From Salpingoeca rosetta (lineage: Eukaryota; Protista; Choanoflagellata): 64,000 nucleotides of DNA. The DNA lies in contig JAWQFM010000011.1 of the NCBI GenBank assembly GCA_033442325.1, forward strand, positions 53,906-117,905, in the 5' to 3' direction. The stretch's first letter is position 1; every line of letters starts with the position of its first letter. Under the pieces are notes generated by a model. It saw only the letters and a list, made by a program, of their open reading frames with translations, was not told the origin of the DNA and did no database searches. This document shows, piece after piece, positions 1-23,564 of the stretch. The translations under genes and the position numbers were made by a program.

Positions 1-27
1 TCACTCTCACACACACACACACACACA

Positions 28-101
<74 letters not shown>

Positions 102-333
102 CTCGCTCGCTCACACACTCACTCGCTCGCTCACACACACTCACTCACTCACTCACTCACTCACTCACACAAACACACACACACACACACTCACTCACTC
201 ACTCACTCACTCACTCACTCACTCACTCACTCACTCACTCACTCACTCACACAAACACTCACTCACTCACACAAACACACACACGCAATGCACGCTCCCC
301 CCCCTTTCACTCTGCGCCCACTCGTGATTGCAG

Positions 334-888
334 GTGCAGTGCGGGCAGCGGCTCGGGGTGTCAGCGGCGCTGTGGCGGTCGTGGATGTTGCAGCTGAGCA
401 TGTACATGACCAACCAGAACGGCAGCATCCTGGATGCCCTCAAGACGTGGAAACGAAACGTGGACAAGAAGTTTGAGGGCATGGAGGAGTGCACCGTGTG
501 CTTTTCCATTGTGCACGGCACCAACTATCAGCTTCCCACCATCGTACGTCCCACCCTGTGAATGCGTGCGTGCGTGCGTGTGTGTGTCTGTAAGTTTGTC
601 TGTCTGCGGATGCGTGTGTGTGTGTGTGTGTGTGTGTTTGTCAGTATGTCTGCCTGTAAGTATGTCTGTCTGCGGATGCGTGTGTGTGTGTGTGTGTTTG
701 TCAGTATGTCTGCCTGCCTGTCCCTCGCCCCTGTTTTTCACAGCCAGCCCACTCACCCCCATCCCCCTCCCACCACTGCATTTCAGAAATGCCCCACGTG
801 CCGGAAGCTGTTCCACGCCGACTGCATTGCGCGCTGGTTCAGCAGCAGCGGCAACAACACCTGCCCCATGTGCAGGTCGCTGATGTGA
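334..888 (+). CDS. LTN1: E3 ubiquitin ligase listerin, last two exons (334-543, 787-888); 5' part lies upstream of the window
   Basis: Spliced translation ...WRSWMLQL...[76 protein letters not shown] matches the listerin RWD tail plus C-terminal RING. GT-AG intron 544-786. Confidence 0.93.
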
Positions 889-1743
889 AGACATGGGGGG
901 GGGGGGAGAGATTGATTGATGCGACGAGGGAGGAGTTGTCAGAACGCGGACACGAACGCAACAACGCATTCGGGACACCTGGTGATGATGTCATTCAAGT
1001 CCAATTAAACAAGTCAAACATGAATATCGGTGTGGCCCGGACGCAACGATGAAGTGCCTGCAGGTGCGAAGAAGTAGGCGAAGCAACACCACCACCACAC
1101 ACTTCGTGAGGCGACTTCACTTCACAACCCTGACCCAAAGTGTGTTGTGTCGTCCTGGGCTGCGTTCTGTTCTTGCTTCACCTCCTGTGTCACTACGCAA
1201 GCCTGTTGTGGCAATGGACGGTTGTTGTTGTTGTTGGGTGTGTGGCAAAGAAGCAACCCTTGGTTCATTTATCTCTTCGAGGTGTGTGGTGTGCGTTTGA
1301 GTGCATGAGTGGATGCACGCACCCCTGCCAGCCCTAGACAACCTATCCCCCCCCCCCCGCCCGGTCCATGCTTGCTTTCGCTTCCTTTCGCTTGTGCTTT
1401 CGCTTGTTGTCGCTTGCTTTGATCCGATCCCCCGTCTGCAATCAGCAATCAGCTGGCTGCTCTTTCCCCAAGCCAATCTCCTCTCCCCCTCCCTCCCCCA
1501 ATGCCTGACATGCTTTGCTGCCAATCACTCACTCCACTCCCCAAATGGTTTCTCTTGCTTCCACCTGGGTTCAGCGCTGTTGTGCAGGTCCTTTTGATGA
1601 GTAGAACAAGCGCTTCTTCTTCTTCTTCTTCCATCGAACCGTACACATAACTCCAAATCACTGCCAGCGCCAAAGGACCATTTCATCTCATCGCATTGCC
1701 AACTGCCCTTTTGTCTCCGTACTGACGACGACACAAGTCGGCA

Positions 1744-3056
1744 ATGTCGGACAACGACAACAACACCAACGCGCCGACACCGGCGACCACGACCACGGCT
1801 GCCACGCCATCCACGGAGAATGGCGGCACCCCTTCCATGAACGGCGACACGACCATCAAGCTGAACGGCTCCAAGGCTATGGCCGGCCTGACCCTCGAAC
1901 CGCTCGCAGAATCCCTCAGCTTCGACGAGGAGGATGAGGCGAAGCGACCCAAGGTGACCATGGAGTCCTTGAAGACCCTCGAAGGCTGGAAGAACGCCGT
2001 CCTCACCGTCATCTTTACTGTCCTGCCGATCCTCACCTGGGCACCCAAATACAAGTGCGTGCAACCACGTGTCGGTCGGTCTGTCTGTGTGCGTGTGTCT
2101 GTGTGTGTGCATGCGCGCTCGTGTGTCTGACTGTCGATCCCCCGTCGCTTGCTTCCCTCTCTTCCCCGTGTCCATCTCCTCCCCCTCACCAAAACCCTCA
2201 CTCACAACAGGGAAAACTGGAAGGAGAAGCTTGCTGGCGATGCAAGGGCTGGCTTGACCGTTGGTATTCTTCTGATTCCACAGGGTCTGGCCTATGCGCT
2301 CTTGGCAGAGCTGCCTGTGGAGTACGGCCTCTTCAGCGCCTTCATCCCCCCACTGCTGTATGGCTTCCTCGGCACGTCCAGCGAGCTGTCCACGGCCCCT
2401 GTCGCCGTCGTGTCGCTGCTGACCTCTGCAGGCGTGTCCGAGCTGTACGACCCGGTCACAGAGCGGCCGCAGTACATCGGCGCCGCCATCTCCCTCGCCC
2501 TCCTCCTCGGCTTTGTGCAGATGGGCATGGGCATCCTGCGTCTCGGTTTCATCATCAACTTCCTGTCCCACTCGGTGCTGAGCGGGTTTACCTCCGCCTC
2601 CGCCCTCATCATTGCGCTGTCCCAGCTCAAGCACGTGCTCGGCATCTCCATCGAGCGCAGCTCGCACGTGCACGAGGTGCTGCAGTGGACGTTTGAGGAG
2701 ATCCACAACGCCAACTGGCGCACAGTCGTCATCTCCCTCGCCAGCATGGCCATCATCCTCTTCTGGAAGTACCCGCCACAGTCCGAGAAGTTCAACTGGT
2801 TCCGCAAGTACTTCAAGCCCCTCCCCAGCGCCATGGTTGTTGTCATTATCTTCACCCTCATCTCAGCCAACACAGGCCTCAATGACAAGGGCGTGAAGGT
2901 GCGTCGTCACTGCTACCACCATTTCCTGCCACCATTTGTGACTTGACCCTCTCGCACAGAATACTGCTTTGTTGTGCGTGACTTTGCTCGGTTCTGTGTG
3001 CTTTTCCATACTCACACACTCGCACCCACACGTTCACACGCCCTCTCCCACCTGTT

Positions 3057-3113
<57 letters not shown>

Positions 3114-4599
3114 CAGATTGTTGGTGATGTGCCTGCTGGTCTGCCAACGCCGGAAGCGCCGGACACAAAGGACTTTGGAGACCTGCTGGTGTTGGTGCTC
3201 ACCATCGCGCTCGTGTCGTACATGGAATCAATGGCCATCGCCAAGAAGCTTGCTGATGACCGAAACTACCAACTCGACTACAACCAGGAGCTTGTTGCTC
3301 TCGGCGCATGCAACATTGTTGGCTCGTTCTTCCAGACATACCCAACCACAGGCGGCTTCTCTCGCTCCGCTGTCAACGCCAACGCAGGATGCAAGACACA
3401 GCTCGCCACCATCCTGGGTGTGTGTGTGCGTGTGTGCGTGTGTGTGCGTGCGTGTGTGTGTGTGCGTGCGTGTGTGTGTGCGTGTGTGTTGCCTCAATTT
3501 TTGGGTTGTTGTGATTGGTCAATGTGCTCGCCAAAGGCTCACGCCAACCTTGTTGCTTGCCATCGCGTGTGTGTGCTGTAGCTGGTATTGTTGTGATGAT
3601 TGCGCTGCTGGCTGCCACGGAGCTCTTCTTCTTCCTGCCAAAGGCCATTCTCGGTTCCATCATCATCATCGCCGTCCTCCCACTCGTCAACTTCAAGGTC
3701 AGCTGGTGGTGGTGTTGATGGTGATGCGCGTGGCTGTTGCTGTGTTGTCTTGCCTGCTTCTTTCTATCCCTCCTGCCACTGCTGCTGCTGTTGCTAGTGT
3801 TGTTGTTATTGTATCCGTTGCTGTTGGGAATTCTCTCTCACCCTTGCGGATGTGAATGTGTGCGCGCGCGATTGCGGTGTACAGGAGCCGTTTCATCTGT
3901 GGAAGATCAGCAAGATTGAGTCTGTGCTGACGGTTGTGACCTTCCTCCTCACCGCTTTCATTGGCGTCGAGCTCGGTGTCGGTATCAGGTGCGCAGCTCT
4001 TTGTGACCCTGCCTCTGCTCTGTGTGTGTGTGTGTGTGTGTGTGCGCGTGTGCATGCCGTCAAGGTACTTCAAACCTTGTCTTGCCACAATGCGCCGAGC
4101 ATCCATGACGCAATTCTCTCCCTCACACACGAACGTGTATGTGTCTTTGCAACAATGTGTTGGGTGCAGTATTGCGCTTGCGCTGCTTGCGGTGGTGTGG
4201 CAGGCGTCGCGTCCACACTACACGCTCGAGGGCCGCCTTCCCGGCACCGACGTGTACCGCAACATCAGGAGGTGGGTCCTGTGGGGTCCTGTGGGGTCGT
4301 GCGTGCACCGTGCGTTCTGGTGAATGGTCAACGGTGGACACACGAGCCGTTTGTGTCTTTCTCGGCTGTCTTGTTCAATTGGTGTTGTCGTGACGTATCG
4401 TACCGTGTGCATGGAGCCCATGATTTGCGCGCGTGCTGACGCCTGCACCCGCGACTGCTTGCAGGTTTCCTGATGCGATTGAGCCCAAGGGCATCAAGAT
4501 CTTCCGCTTTGACGCCGACATCTTCTTTGTCAACGCCACCGTTTTTGAGCGCCAAGTCCAGAAGAGGTGTGTTTATGTCTGCCTGTCTGTCTGCCTGCC

Positions 4600-4658
<59 letters not shown>

Positions 4659-5262
4659 TGCATGGTAGCTTGTGGGTGCTCCCGTGGTCGCCATGTGCCA
4701 CTATTTTTCTGCGCGTGCGCTGACAATGAGGGTGTGCGCTGTTTTGGCCTGTGCGGCTGCTTCAGGTGCTATGTGCGCGGCGTTGAGAATGTCATCATTA
4801 ACTTCACGCCCGTGAGCCACGTTGACTCCACCGCGTTCCACGCCATGGAGAAAGTGCTCGAGGTTCGTCCAAATGCTCTGTGTGTGTGTGTGTGTGTGTC
4901 TGTGTGTCTGTGTGTGTGTCTGTGTCTGTGTCTGTGTCTGTGTCTGTGTCTGTGTCTGTGTCTGTGTCTGTGTCTGTGGTGTGTCTGTGATATATGTGTG
5001 TACATACTTGTGCATCGTTGCGGTGCTCATGTTGCCCAACTCTGCTCCCCTCCTCAATCCAAAGTCACGACGTCTGTGTACCACATGAATGCTCACCGAA
5101 ACCCACCACACCACACCCCTCCACGCCAACAGGCTGCGGAGCGCAAGGGCATCTCTGTGTACTTTGCGGGCGTCAAGGGCCCCGTCCGTGACATCTTCGA
5201 GCGCATCGGCTTTACCGAGCACGGTGAGCATCCATGGCGGTGGTGTGTGTGTGCACATGTGT

Positions 5263-5297
<35 letters not shown>

Positions 5298-5499
5298 GTG
5301 TGTGTTCTTGGAGCGTCCACAACAGCGGTATATGCGTGAATGTTTTATTCTCCTTGTGTGGACTCACACTTTGTGCCATGCACCCACGCTTTCCACAGTT
5401 GGGGAGGATCACTTTTTCAAGACGGTGAACGAGGCGGTGATGCACCTGACGAACGAGCAGTTTACGCCCATGACCATGACAGACGTGTCCATTGTCTAG
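1744..5499 (+). CDS. SLC26/SulP family sulfate/anion transporter with C-terminal STAS domain (about 10 exons)
   Basis: Signature GDARAGLTVGILLIPQGLAYALLAELPVEYGLFSAF, GFIINFLSHSVLSGFTSASA, NQELVALGACN...TGGFSRSAVN, and STAS-like FRFDADIFFVNA...VSHVDSTA. Approximate exons 1744-2054, 2211-2898, 3117-3417, 3581-3697, 3884-3988, 4170-4271, 4465-4566, 4766-4863, 5132-5223, 5399-5499. Confidence 0.93.
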
Positions 5500-5756
5500 C
5501 CTGACTATGACTATTGTTGTCTTGGAGCACTATTGAGCACCGTGTGTGCGTGTGAGAGAGAGAGAGTGTGTGTGTGTGTGCTGTGTGCGTGCGTGTGTTG
5601 TGTGTGTTGTGTGTGTGTGTGTGTGTGTTGTGTGTGTTGCAGCGTGATGTACAGAATTGCCCTGGGTGGCTGGTGTGTTGGCTCTTGCTTGTGCCTTGTT
5701 TAACTGACGACCGTTCGCGTCTCTTTGAGCGCTCTGCGCTATTGCAGTGCAGGAGG

Positions 5757-5832
<76 letters not shown>

Positions 5833-6142
5833 TGCAGGTGGTGTGAGGTTGGAGTGGAAACTCACAAAGTAAAAGTCCCAAAAGCCAAAACGAAGACAAG
5901 CACGGAGGGAGGTGTTGCGTGGTGATTTCCAAGCAAGCAAGCGAGAATTACACCACCACCACCACCACCACCACCACCACCACCATCAGCACACCAAACA
6001 CGCATGTTGTGTTGCGGGTCGCTTTTAAGGAGGTGGCCGAAGCCAGCCACTTGAGCCATGCTTCTTGCTTGTTTGGTGTGCTTCTTGCTTGTTTGCATAA
6101 CGCTTGTGTACATATGATGAAATTTTGCCCCAAGTATCAAGG

Positions 6143-6214
6143 GGGGTCGTGGCACAGTGGTAGCGCGTTCGGCTGCAGTCCGATTGGTCGGTGGTTCGAT
6201 TCCACCCGGCCCCT
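6143..6214 (+). tRNA. tRNA-Cys (anticodon GCA)
   Basis: Cloverleaf folded by hand: acceptor GGGGTCG/CGGCCCC, discriminator T (U73, the tRNA-Cys identity element), D loop AGTGGTA, anticodon arm TTCGG-CTGCAGT-CCGAT, T arm GGTGG-TTCGATT-CCACC. Confidence 0.93.
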
Positions 6215-6221
6215 GTCTGTA

Positions 6222-6235
6222 TTTTGTTTTTTTTT
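6222..6235 (+). terminator. RNA polymerase III oligo-T terminator of tRNA-Cys
   Basis: TTTTG followed by a longer T run, starting 8 nt after the tRNA 3' end. Confidence 0.7.
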
Positions 6236-6323
6236 CCTTAGTTTGCTTTGTTTTGGTATGTGCGGTGCTTCGTTTCCTTGCTTGACGCAGACATTCATTC
6301 ATGTCTCGCATCACAACATCACC

Positions 6324-7362
6324 ATGGCTCACCAAACCAGTCCTCGCAAGCGGTTGCTCGACGATGAGGACGACGTACGTGCCTGTGTGTCTGTGTGTCT
6401 GTCTCTGCGTCTGCGCCTGTGTCTGTGTCTGTCTCTGTGTCTGTCTTTGCGTCTGCGCCTGTGTCTGCGCCTGTGTCTGCACCTGTGTCTGTGTCTGTGT
6501 CTGTGCCTCTGTCTCTGTCCGCGTCTGTTCGTCTGCGTCTGTTCGTCTGCCTGTGCATAGCTGAGTGTACCCCTCCCCCCCCCCTCCCCACTGCGCACCT
6601 CACACTCTTGTGCCAACCTCACCCCTGCTCCTCTCCCTCCATCTCTCTCCTTCATTCCCTTCCCCCCCCCCTCTCTCTCTCTGCCTCTGTCTTTCCGCCC
6701 ACTCACCTTGACACTCGTCTCTTCCCCTCCCCCCCCCCCCAACACACACACACACACACACACATGTCACCTCCCCCCGTTTCCTCTTCTTGCTTCCTTC
6801 CTCTCTCCCTCCCCCCACCTTCCCCGCCCGTACTCCAAACAACCGCGCTTCCTTTTACCAACACTACACCAGGACACATCCATCTTCATCGATGATCCCA
6901 ACCTTGCGTATGAGGACAGAGTACACGGCGCCTCCTCCGGTTCGTACACCGCACCATACCACCACCACCATCCACCATCACCAATATCAGGCACACTGGC
7001 ACTCTCCAAACTGGTACACGCTTCCAACAACAAGAACCATGTGACACTCACTCTTCCGTTCAGTCACATTCGCCTCACACCTGCCGCTGCACCCCCAACC
7101 CTTGCCTTCATCTGCACCCTACTTCTCTATCTACACCCCGCCCCCTACCCCATTTGCCGCAACCACCATGCTCACCCGTCAGGAATCGACAATCTGCTGG
7201 CCACGGGCACACACATCCTTCGCGACCTGGCTGAACAGGATGAAACCATGAAGGTGAGCAACGCCCGTGCCGCCCTTGCTAGCGTGCCGTCCTTGCTGTC
7301 GTGCGTATGCAAAACAATACCAGTCGTCTCACTGCACCATGCATGTGTGTGCTCTGTGTGTG

Positions 7363-7429
<67 letters not shown>

Positions 7430-7640
7430 TGTCTTGTGTGAATTAGAGAATACAACGGCGGCTGCTTGACGTGGGCCATCGCCTAGGTTTGTTCTTCTGT
7501 GTTGTGCTGTCTGCGTTGTGGTTGTGCGTGAAAACCTGCTACTCTTGCTCTCCAGGGGCATGTGTCTCGTGAATGCAATACCATTCATGCGAGAGCGGGT
7601 GCATTGACCCACTCACCCGTTATTGCGCTTCCACCAGTCA

Positions 7641-7695
<55 letters not shown>

Positions 7696-7730
7696 TCAGT
7701 CACTCAGTCACTCACACTCACACACACACA

Positions 7731-7768
<38 letters not shown>

Positions 7769-7908
7769 CTCACATGATATGTGCAGGACTGTCTCAAACT
7801 GTGATGAGGATGATAGAGCAGCGGTCGACGCAAGACATGTACATAATGGTTGCTGGGATGGTGGTGTCCACCATTGTCATGGTTGTTGTGTACATCTACT
7901 TTGGATAG
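6324..7908 (+). CDS. GOSR2: Membrin/GOSR2/Bos1-like Qb-SNARE, about 116 aa, apparently lacking the N-terminal Habc domain
   Basis: Exons 6324-6374, 6873-6939, 7183-7253, 7447-7486 and 7787-7908 total 351 nt and join in frame: ...GIDNLLATGTHILRDLAEQDETMKRIQRRLLDVGHRLGLSQTVMRMIEQRSTQDMYIMVAGMVVSTIVMVVVYIYFG*. This resembles the membrin GLSNTVMRLIEKR..QDK motif plus a C-terminal TM helix. Confidence 0.8.
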
Positions 7909-8235
7909 CCGACCCAACTGTTGTGTATCCGTCACATTTGCATTGAGTTACTCTCTTTTTCTGTATTAGGTGTTCGCCACTCCCCATTATACGCGCACGA
8001 ACTCATCCTCATGCGCATGGCAACACACACACACAATGACATTGGGAAACTGCACACACGAGCTCACTACGATGTGAAGCAAAGATATGGAAGAGGTGGA
8101 TTGGGTTGGTAGTATGTCATGTCAGTAGCGAAGGACGGGCGCATGTTGGTGGCTCAAGGGCACCCATGTCCATACACACAAACGAGCGCGGGGTGAGGTG
8201 GTCCCGACAACAAACGGATGTGCGTGGGCACATGC

Positions 8236-11980
<3,745 letters not shown>

Positions 11981-12268
11981 ATCCAAAGGTGACGAGAGTA
12001 TGGGAGAGTGCGAGAGAGAGCGAGACAGAGACAGAGGGACGAGGGAACAAGTGCGGTGCAGCGAGCGGAGTATCTGCGACAACGTTGCGAGCGACCAGGT
12101 GGTGCTGCTGGTGTTATTGCGCCTTGTTGTTGAGCTGTGTGCAGCAGCGAAGCAGCCAGGTTTTTGTATGTATCGACCACGACACCATGATTTGTATTCT
12201 ACATGTTTGCATCTTTTTGCATCTTTGCGCCATTTGTTTCATGAATTTGCACAGAATCGACACCCACG

Positions 12269-12739
12269 ATGACGATGCTGGCAGCGCTGCAACGTGGTGC
12301 AAACAACAACAGGATGAGGAGCATGCTAGCGCTGGTGCGGAGGGGGGCAGCAGCAGTGGTGTTTGGTGGCGGGAGGGCTGTGGCTGCTGGCCGCCTTGAG
12401 CTGGCCGCGTTGGCGCCAGCACGGTCCGTCTCCACAGCGACGACCGCGCGGTGGCTTCGAACCGCTCCTGCGACACCACACCGCACGTCGCCCGTGCACT
12501 CCTGCTCATCATCATCGCTGATGGCACCCACAAGGGCGAGACTACACACAACACGGAAGGCCTTGGCCAAGGAAGACAAGGTCCGCGTCGTGTTCAAGGA
12601 CACTGAGGGTGGCAGCCAGGTTTGTGAAGCCCGCGTTGGACAGAACCTCCTTGACGTGGCCATCGACAACGACATCGACCTCGAAGGTGTGCCCGTGTGT
12701 CTGCATTTGTGTGCACATGTGTCTGTCTGTGTGTCTGTG

Positions 12740-12790
<51 letters not shown>

Positions 12791-13043
12791 GTGTGGACTT
12801 GTCTCAAGTACAACGCCACATACCTTGCTTGTGTTGTTGGTTCATGAGCAGCAACAAATGTGCTCGAAGCTCAGTCATGCACGCTTGCCATGCGGTGATG
12901 CAGGGGCTTGTGGAGGAACACTCGCGTGCTCAACATGCCACTTGATCATCGACGAAGAGTGGTTCAAGAAGCTAGAGGAACCCGTGGACGAGGAATTGGA
13001 TATGCTTGACCTTGCCATCGGCCTCACAGACACGTCAGTGTGC

Positions 13044-13090
<47 letters not shown>

Positions 13091-13091
13091 G

Positions 13092-13129
<38 letters not shown>

Positions 13130-13429
13130 ATGTGTGTGTGTGTGTCCATGTGTGTGTGTGTGTCCATGTGTGTGTGTGTGTCCATGTGTGTGTGTGTGTG
13201 CGTGCCACGCTTTTCCCGCCACTGTGCATGCTGCTGCGTGCGGGCGAGCGTATACACATACACAAGTACGCACGCACACGCGCCCCTGCTCCTCATCGTG
13301 TTTGCTCTTACACCACACTGCAACCACACTTGCAGGTCTCGGCTCGGGTGCCAAATCATCCTGTCGCCCGAGTTGGACGGCATCGAGGTGACGCTGCCGG
13401 ACGAACAGAACGATCTTCGTCAGTTCTAG
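12269..13429 (+). CDS. Mitochondrial [2Fe-2S] adrenodoxin-type ferredoxin (FDX1/Yah1-like); start Met uncertain (12269-12323)
   Basis: Exons about 12269-12687, 12904-13033 and 13337-13429: [31 protein letters not shown]...[23 protein letters not shown]. Has the C-x5-C-x2-C...C ligands and a long Arg/Ala-rich presequence. Confidence 0.95.
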
Positions 13430-13848
13430 CAGCGTGTCGTCATGGCCACAGTCCCATGGTGTCTAGAGCCTCCTCAAGGTTACATAGGTTACGTCTACCC
13501 CGTTGTAGTTCCGTGCGTGCATGCCCCTGTGCTCCTTTTGTTAAACAACTTCAAGGCAGCTGTCAGCTACAGTGTATGTGTGTTGAATTGGTGACACCAT
13601 GCAACGGCCAGCAAAAGAGGAGCAAGGGAGGGGTGCGAGCAAAGGGAATGACTGATCAAGTGCACACAGACAGGCTATTGGGAGCAAGCAGTAAGCACAC
13701 AATGCACACAACACTCGCCACACAACAACACAACACAAAAGAGAAGGGGAGCAAACCGAGGCATTTACAAAACAGTGGAATGCAAGCGGGGTGGTGTATT
13801 GTCGACAACAAGGGACAATCGTGCATATGCGCGGCGAGGAGGGAACGG

Positions 13849-20537
<6,689 letters not shown>

Positions 20538-20761
20538 CGTTGCTCTGCTTCCTCACCAGCACTGCTGCCGCTGCTGTTGTTTGCCGTGGCTCACTGCACA
20601 AAACAGCTTCCGCACTTTTGAGTTGCCGCACTTTTGGCCAGCTGCTGGATATTTGCGATGTTCCTCCTGCACAAGCACCCGTGGGCACTGGCAGCAGTGT
20701 GTGTGTCGAACGTCGCGTTTATCCGCACGGCAGCACAGCGGTGGATAGCAGAGTGCGCACG

Positions 20762-20773
20762 TTTTGGCGCCAA
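20762..20773. promoter_or_regulatory. Candidate E2F site (TTTTGGCGCCAA) in the MCM3/LIAS bidirectional promoter
   Basis: Matches the TTTSSCGC consensus with a palindromic TTGGCGCCAA core, about 225 bp upstream of the MCM3 ATG. Confidence 0.45.
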
Positions 20774-20875
20774 CTTATTTCTACAATTTGCAACGCAGTC
20801 AGCTGAAGCCGCAATTGGCAAAACAGCCATTTCCAACCTCTTGCAGCAAGCAACCACGAGAGAGCAACAAAAGCG

Positions 20876-22529
20876 ATGATGATGACGGCGGCTTGTTCCA
20901 GCGCAGCAGCAGCGGCACGCGTGCAGCAGGTGCTGCTACTGCAGCGATCGGTGGCAGGGGCCAGCCACGTCGGCGCAAGGACCACGGTGTCGTCCCTGCT
21001 TCGTGCATCGGTGGCAACCTCCGCCATGACACAGACGCGGTTCTCGTCCTCCTCTTCCTCCTCTTCTCCTCCATCATCTTCCACAAACACAAAACGAGTG
21101 TACGTCAGCTGGACAGCGTGTGTTTGTGAACTTGTTTGTGTGTGTGAACTTGTGTGTGGGGGTGGTGGAGAGAAACGGTGACTCAAACAGCTTCGTGGTG
21201 AGATGCCATGGAAACCACACAACTTGGTTGTTGTTTGCATGCAAGGAACTACCCGTTAACGTGCTGGCCTTCATACACTCACATACTCACACGCGCGCGC
21301 GTGTGTGTGTGTGTGTGTGTGTTAAACGCTCGTGTGCTCCGCAAACAGCATCCCAGAGGACGGCCCAGGTCTGGATGACTTTATCTCCAACTTGCCTCCC
21401 CCACCAGCAGCACAAGCTAGCAAGCCTCTCAAGAAAAAGCAGCGGTACGTGTGTCTGTGTCTGTGTCTGTGTGGGGGAGGGGGGCTTTTGTGCACGTGTC
21501 CATGGGGCTGCTTCTGTTATCAAGACATGGGATGTCCCCTACACCTTGGTGGCACCCTTGTTGCATATTTTCATTCCCGCTCATTTCCACCCTCTTTCGC
21601 CCCACCTCCCCCCCCCCCACCATGTCCACTTCTCGCTTGCTGTAGACTGCGCCTGCCAGAGTGGGCCAAGACCAAGATTCCGCTTGGCGCAAACTACCAC
21701 CGCATCAAGTCGAACCTCAGAGATCTCAACCTGCACACAGTACGTACCTGGCCTGTCATGTGCGCTCTGCGTGCGTGTTTGTCCGTGCAATACACGCACG
21801 TCTGTGCGGGTTGGTATGGGTCTCCTTTACATGTGTGAATCAGTCTGCCTGTCTTTCTGCCGGCGTGCCTGGATGTCTGGCACTGTTATGCTTGCTTGTG
21901 GACTGTTGTGTGAGTGTGTGTGTGTGTGTGTGTGCTTATGGCGTGTATTCATATGTCTGAGTGTGCCATTCTGCTTGTGCTCACTCACGCCCCCCTCTCC
22001 GCTCTGCTCCGCTGTTGCGGCCCTGTTCGTCCTGTGACACTACTTCAACAGGTGTGCGAGGAGGCGCGATGCCCCAACATCGGCGAGTGCTGGGGTGGCA
22101 AGGAGGGCACAGCCACCGCTACAATCATGGTAGGCCCACCCCAAACACCATGTTCGCCACCCAGCGTTCATGCGTTGCCTCCCCGCCTCCATCTTGCATG
22201 GCATTCAACTCGCAACAATTCCAAGTGCATCCGCACATCATCATCACCTCTACATGCACCACTGTCTCGTGCCACCTTGTTTCTCACTGCGAGGCCACCG
22301 TCACCACCACCCACTCACTCATTCCGTCCATTCGCATGCCACACCACGCCACACTGCATTTTGCGACCAGCTGATGGGCGACACGTGCACACGCGGGTGC
22401 CGGTTCTGCTCGATCAAGACGAGCAACGCCCCTCCGCCCGTGGACCAGGACGAGCCCATCAACACCGCCGCCGCCATCGCAAAGTGGGGGCTCGACTACG
22501 TCGTCCTCACATCCGTCGACCGCGACGGT

Positions 22530-22608
<79 letters not shown>

Positions 22609-23470
22609 CTTTCTGTCTGTGTGTGCAATCTGTCTGTGTGTCTGTGTGTGTGTCTGTGTGTGTGTGCCTCTCTGTCTGTGTGCGTCTGTGTGTGTGTGTG
22701 TCTACCTGGCTATCTGCCTGTCGTGTCACGGTTCCGCCGTGACATCCACCCACCCACCTGTCATTGCGACCTCCCACGCCGTCCATGTGTGCACACCTCA
22801 CTTCCATTCCCCCCCCCCCCCAAATACAATCCAGACATGCCCGATGGCGGTGCGGACCACTTTGCGCGAACTGTTGAAGAACTCAAGCGCCTGTACGTGA
22901 ATGCACATGTTGTTGTGTCGTGTGGTGCTCACCTGTCATCATGCTCACATTACATGGCACCATTGCATCCACACACACGCGCACACACACACGCACACAC
23001 ACACACACACACGCAACGCTCCCGTGTTCGCCCAAGTTCACCTCGCTGTCACCATCACCTCCCTTCCCACCACCAACCAATCCACCACCGTGGCCACCAC
23101 CGCTGCAGCAACCCGGCCATCCTGGTTGAGTGTCTGACGCCGGACTTCTCTGGCTCGGTGCCGTCCATCGAGCGCATTGCCACCTCGGGGCTCGACGTCT
23201 TTGCCCACAACATGGAGACCGTCGAACGCCTCACCCCGTCAGTGCTGCTGTGCCTTGTGTTACGTCCTTTGTTGTGTTAGAGAGAGAGAGTGTGTGTGTG
23301 TGTGTGTGTGAGTGTGTTGAAAGGAGTCTCTGTGGCCTGAATTCAACATTGCCTCGAAGCCGGCCCTCATCGCTTGCTCTCCCCCCCCCCTTCCCTCTTC
23401 AACTCCCGTCTTCAGACGCGTGCGTGATCGCCGCGCCAAGTACGACCAGTCCCTCTTCGTTCTGCAGAAG
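20876..23470 (+). CDS. LIAS: Mitochondrial lipoyl synthase (radical SAM), 3'-partial because it runs into the assembly gap
   Basis: [14 protein letters not shown], auxiliary-cluster motif [14 protein letters not shown], radical SAM motif [44 protein letters not shown] and VRDRRAKY. Confidence 0.96.
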
Positions 23471-23564
23471 GTTCGCAGTGTGTCTGTCTGTCTGTCTGTG
23501 TGTGTGTGTGTGTGTGTGTGTCTGTGTGTGCCTGTGTGTCTGTCTGTGTCTATGTCTGTGTGTG

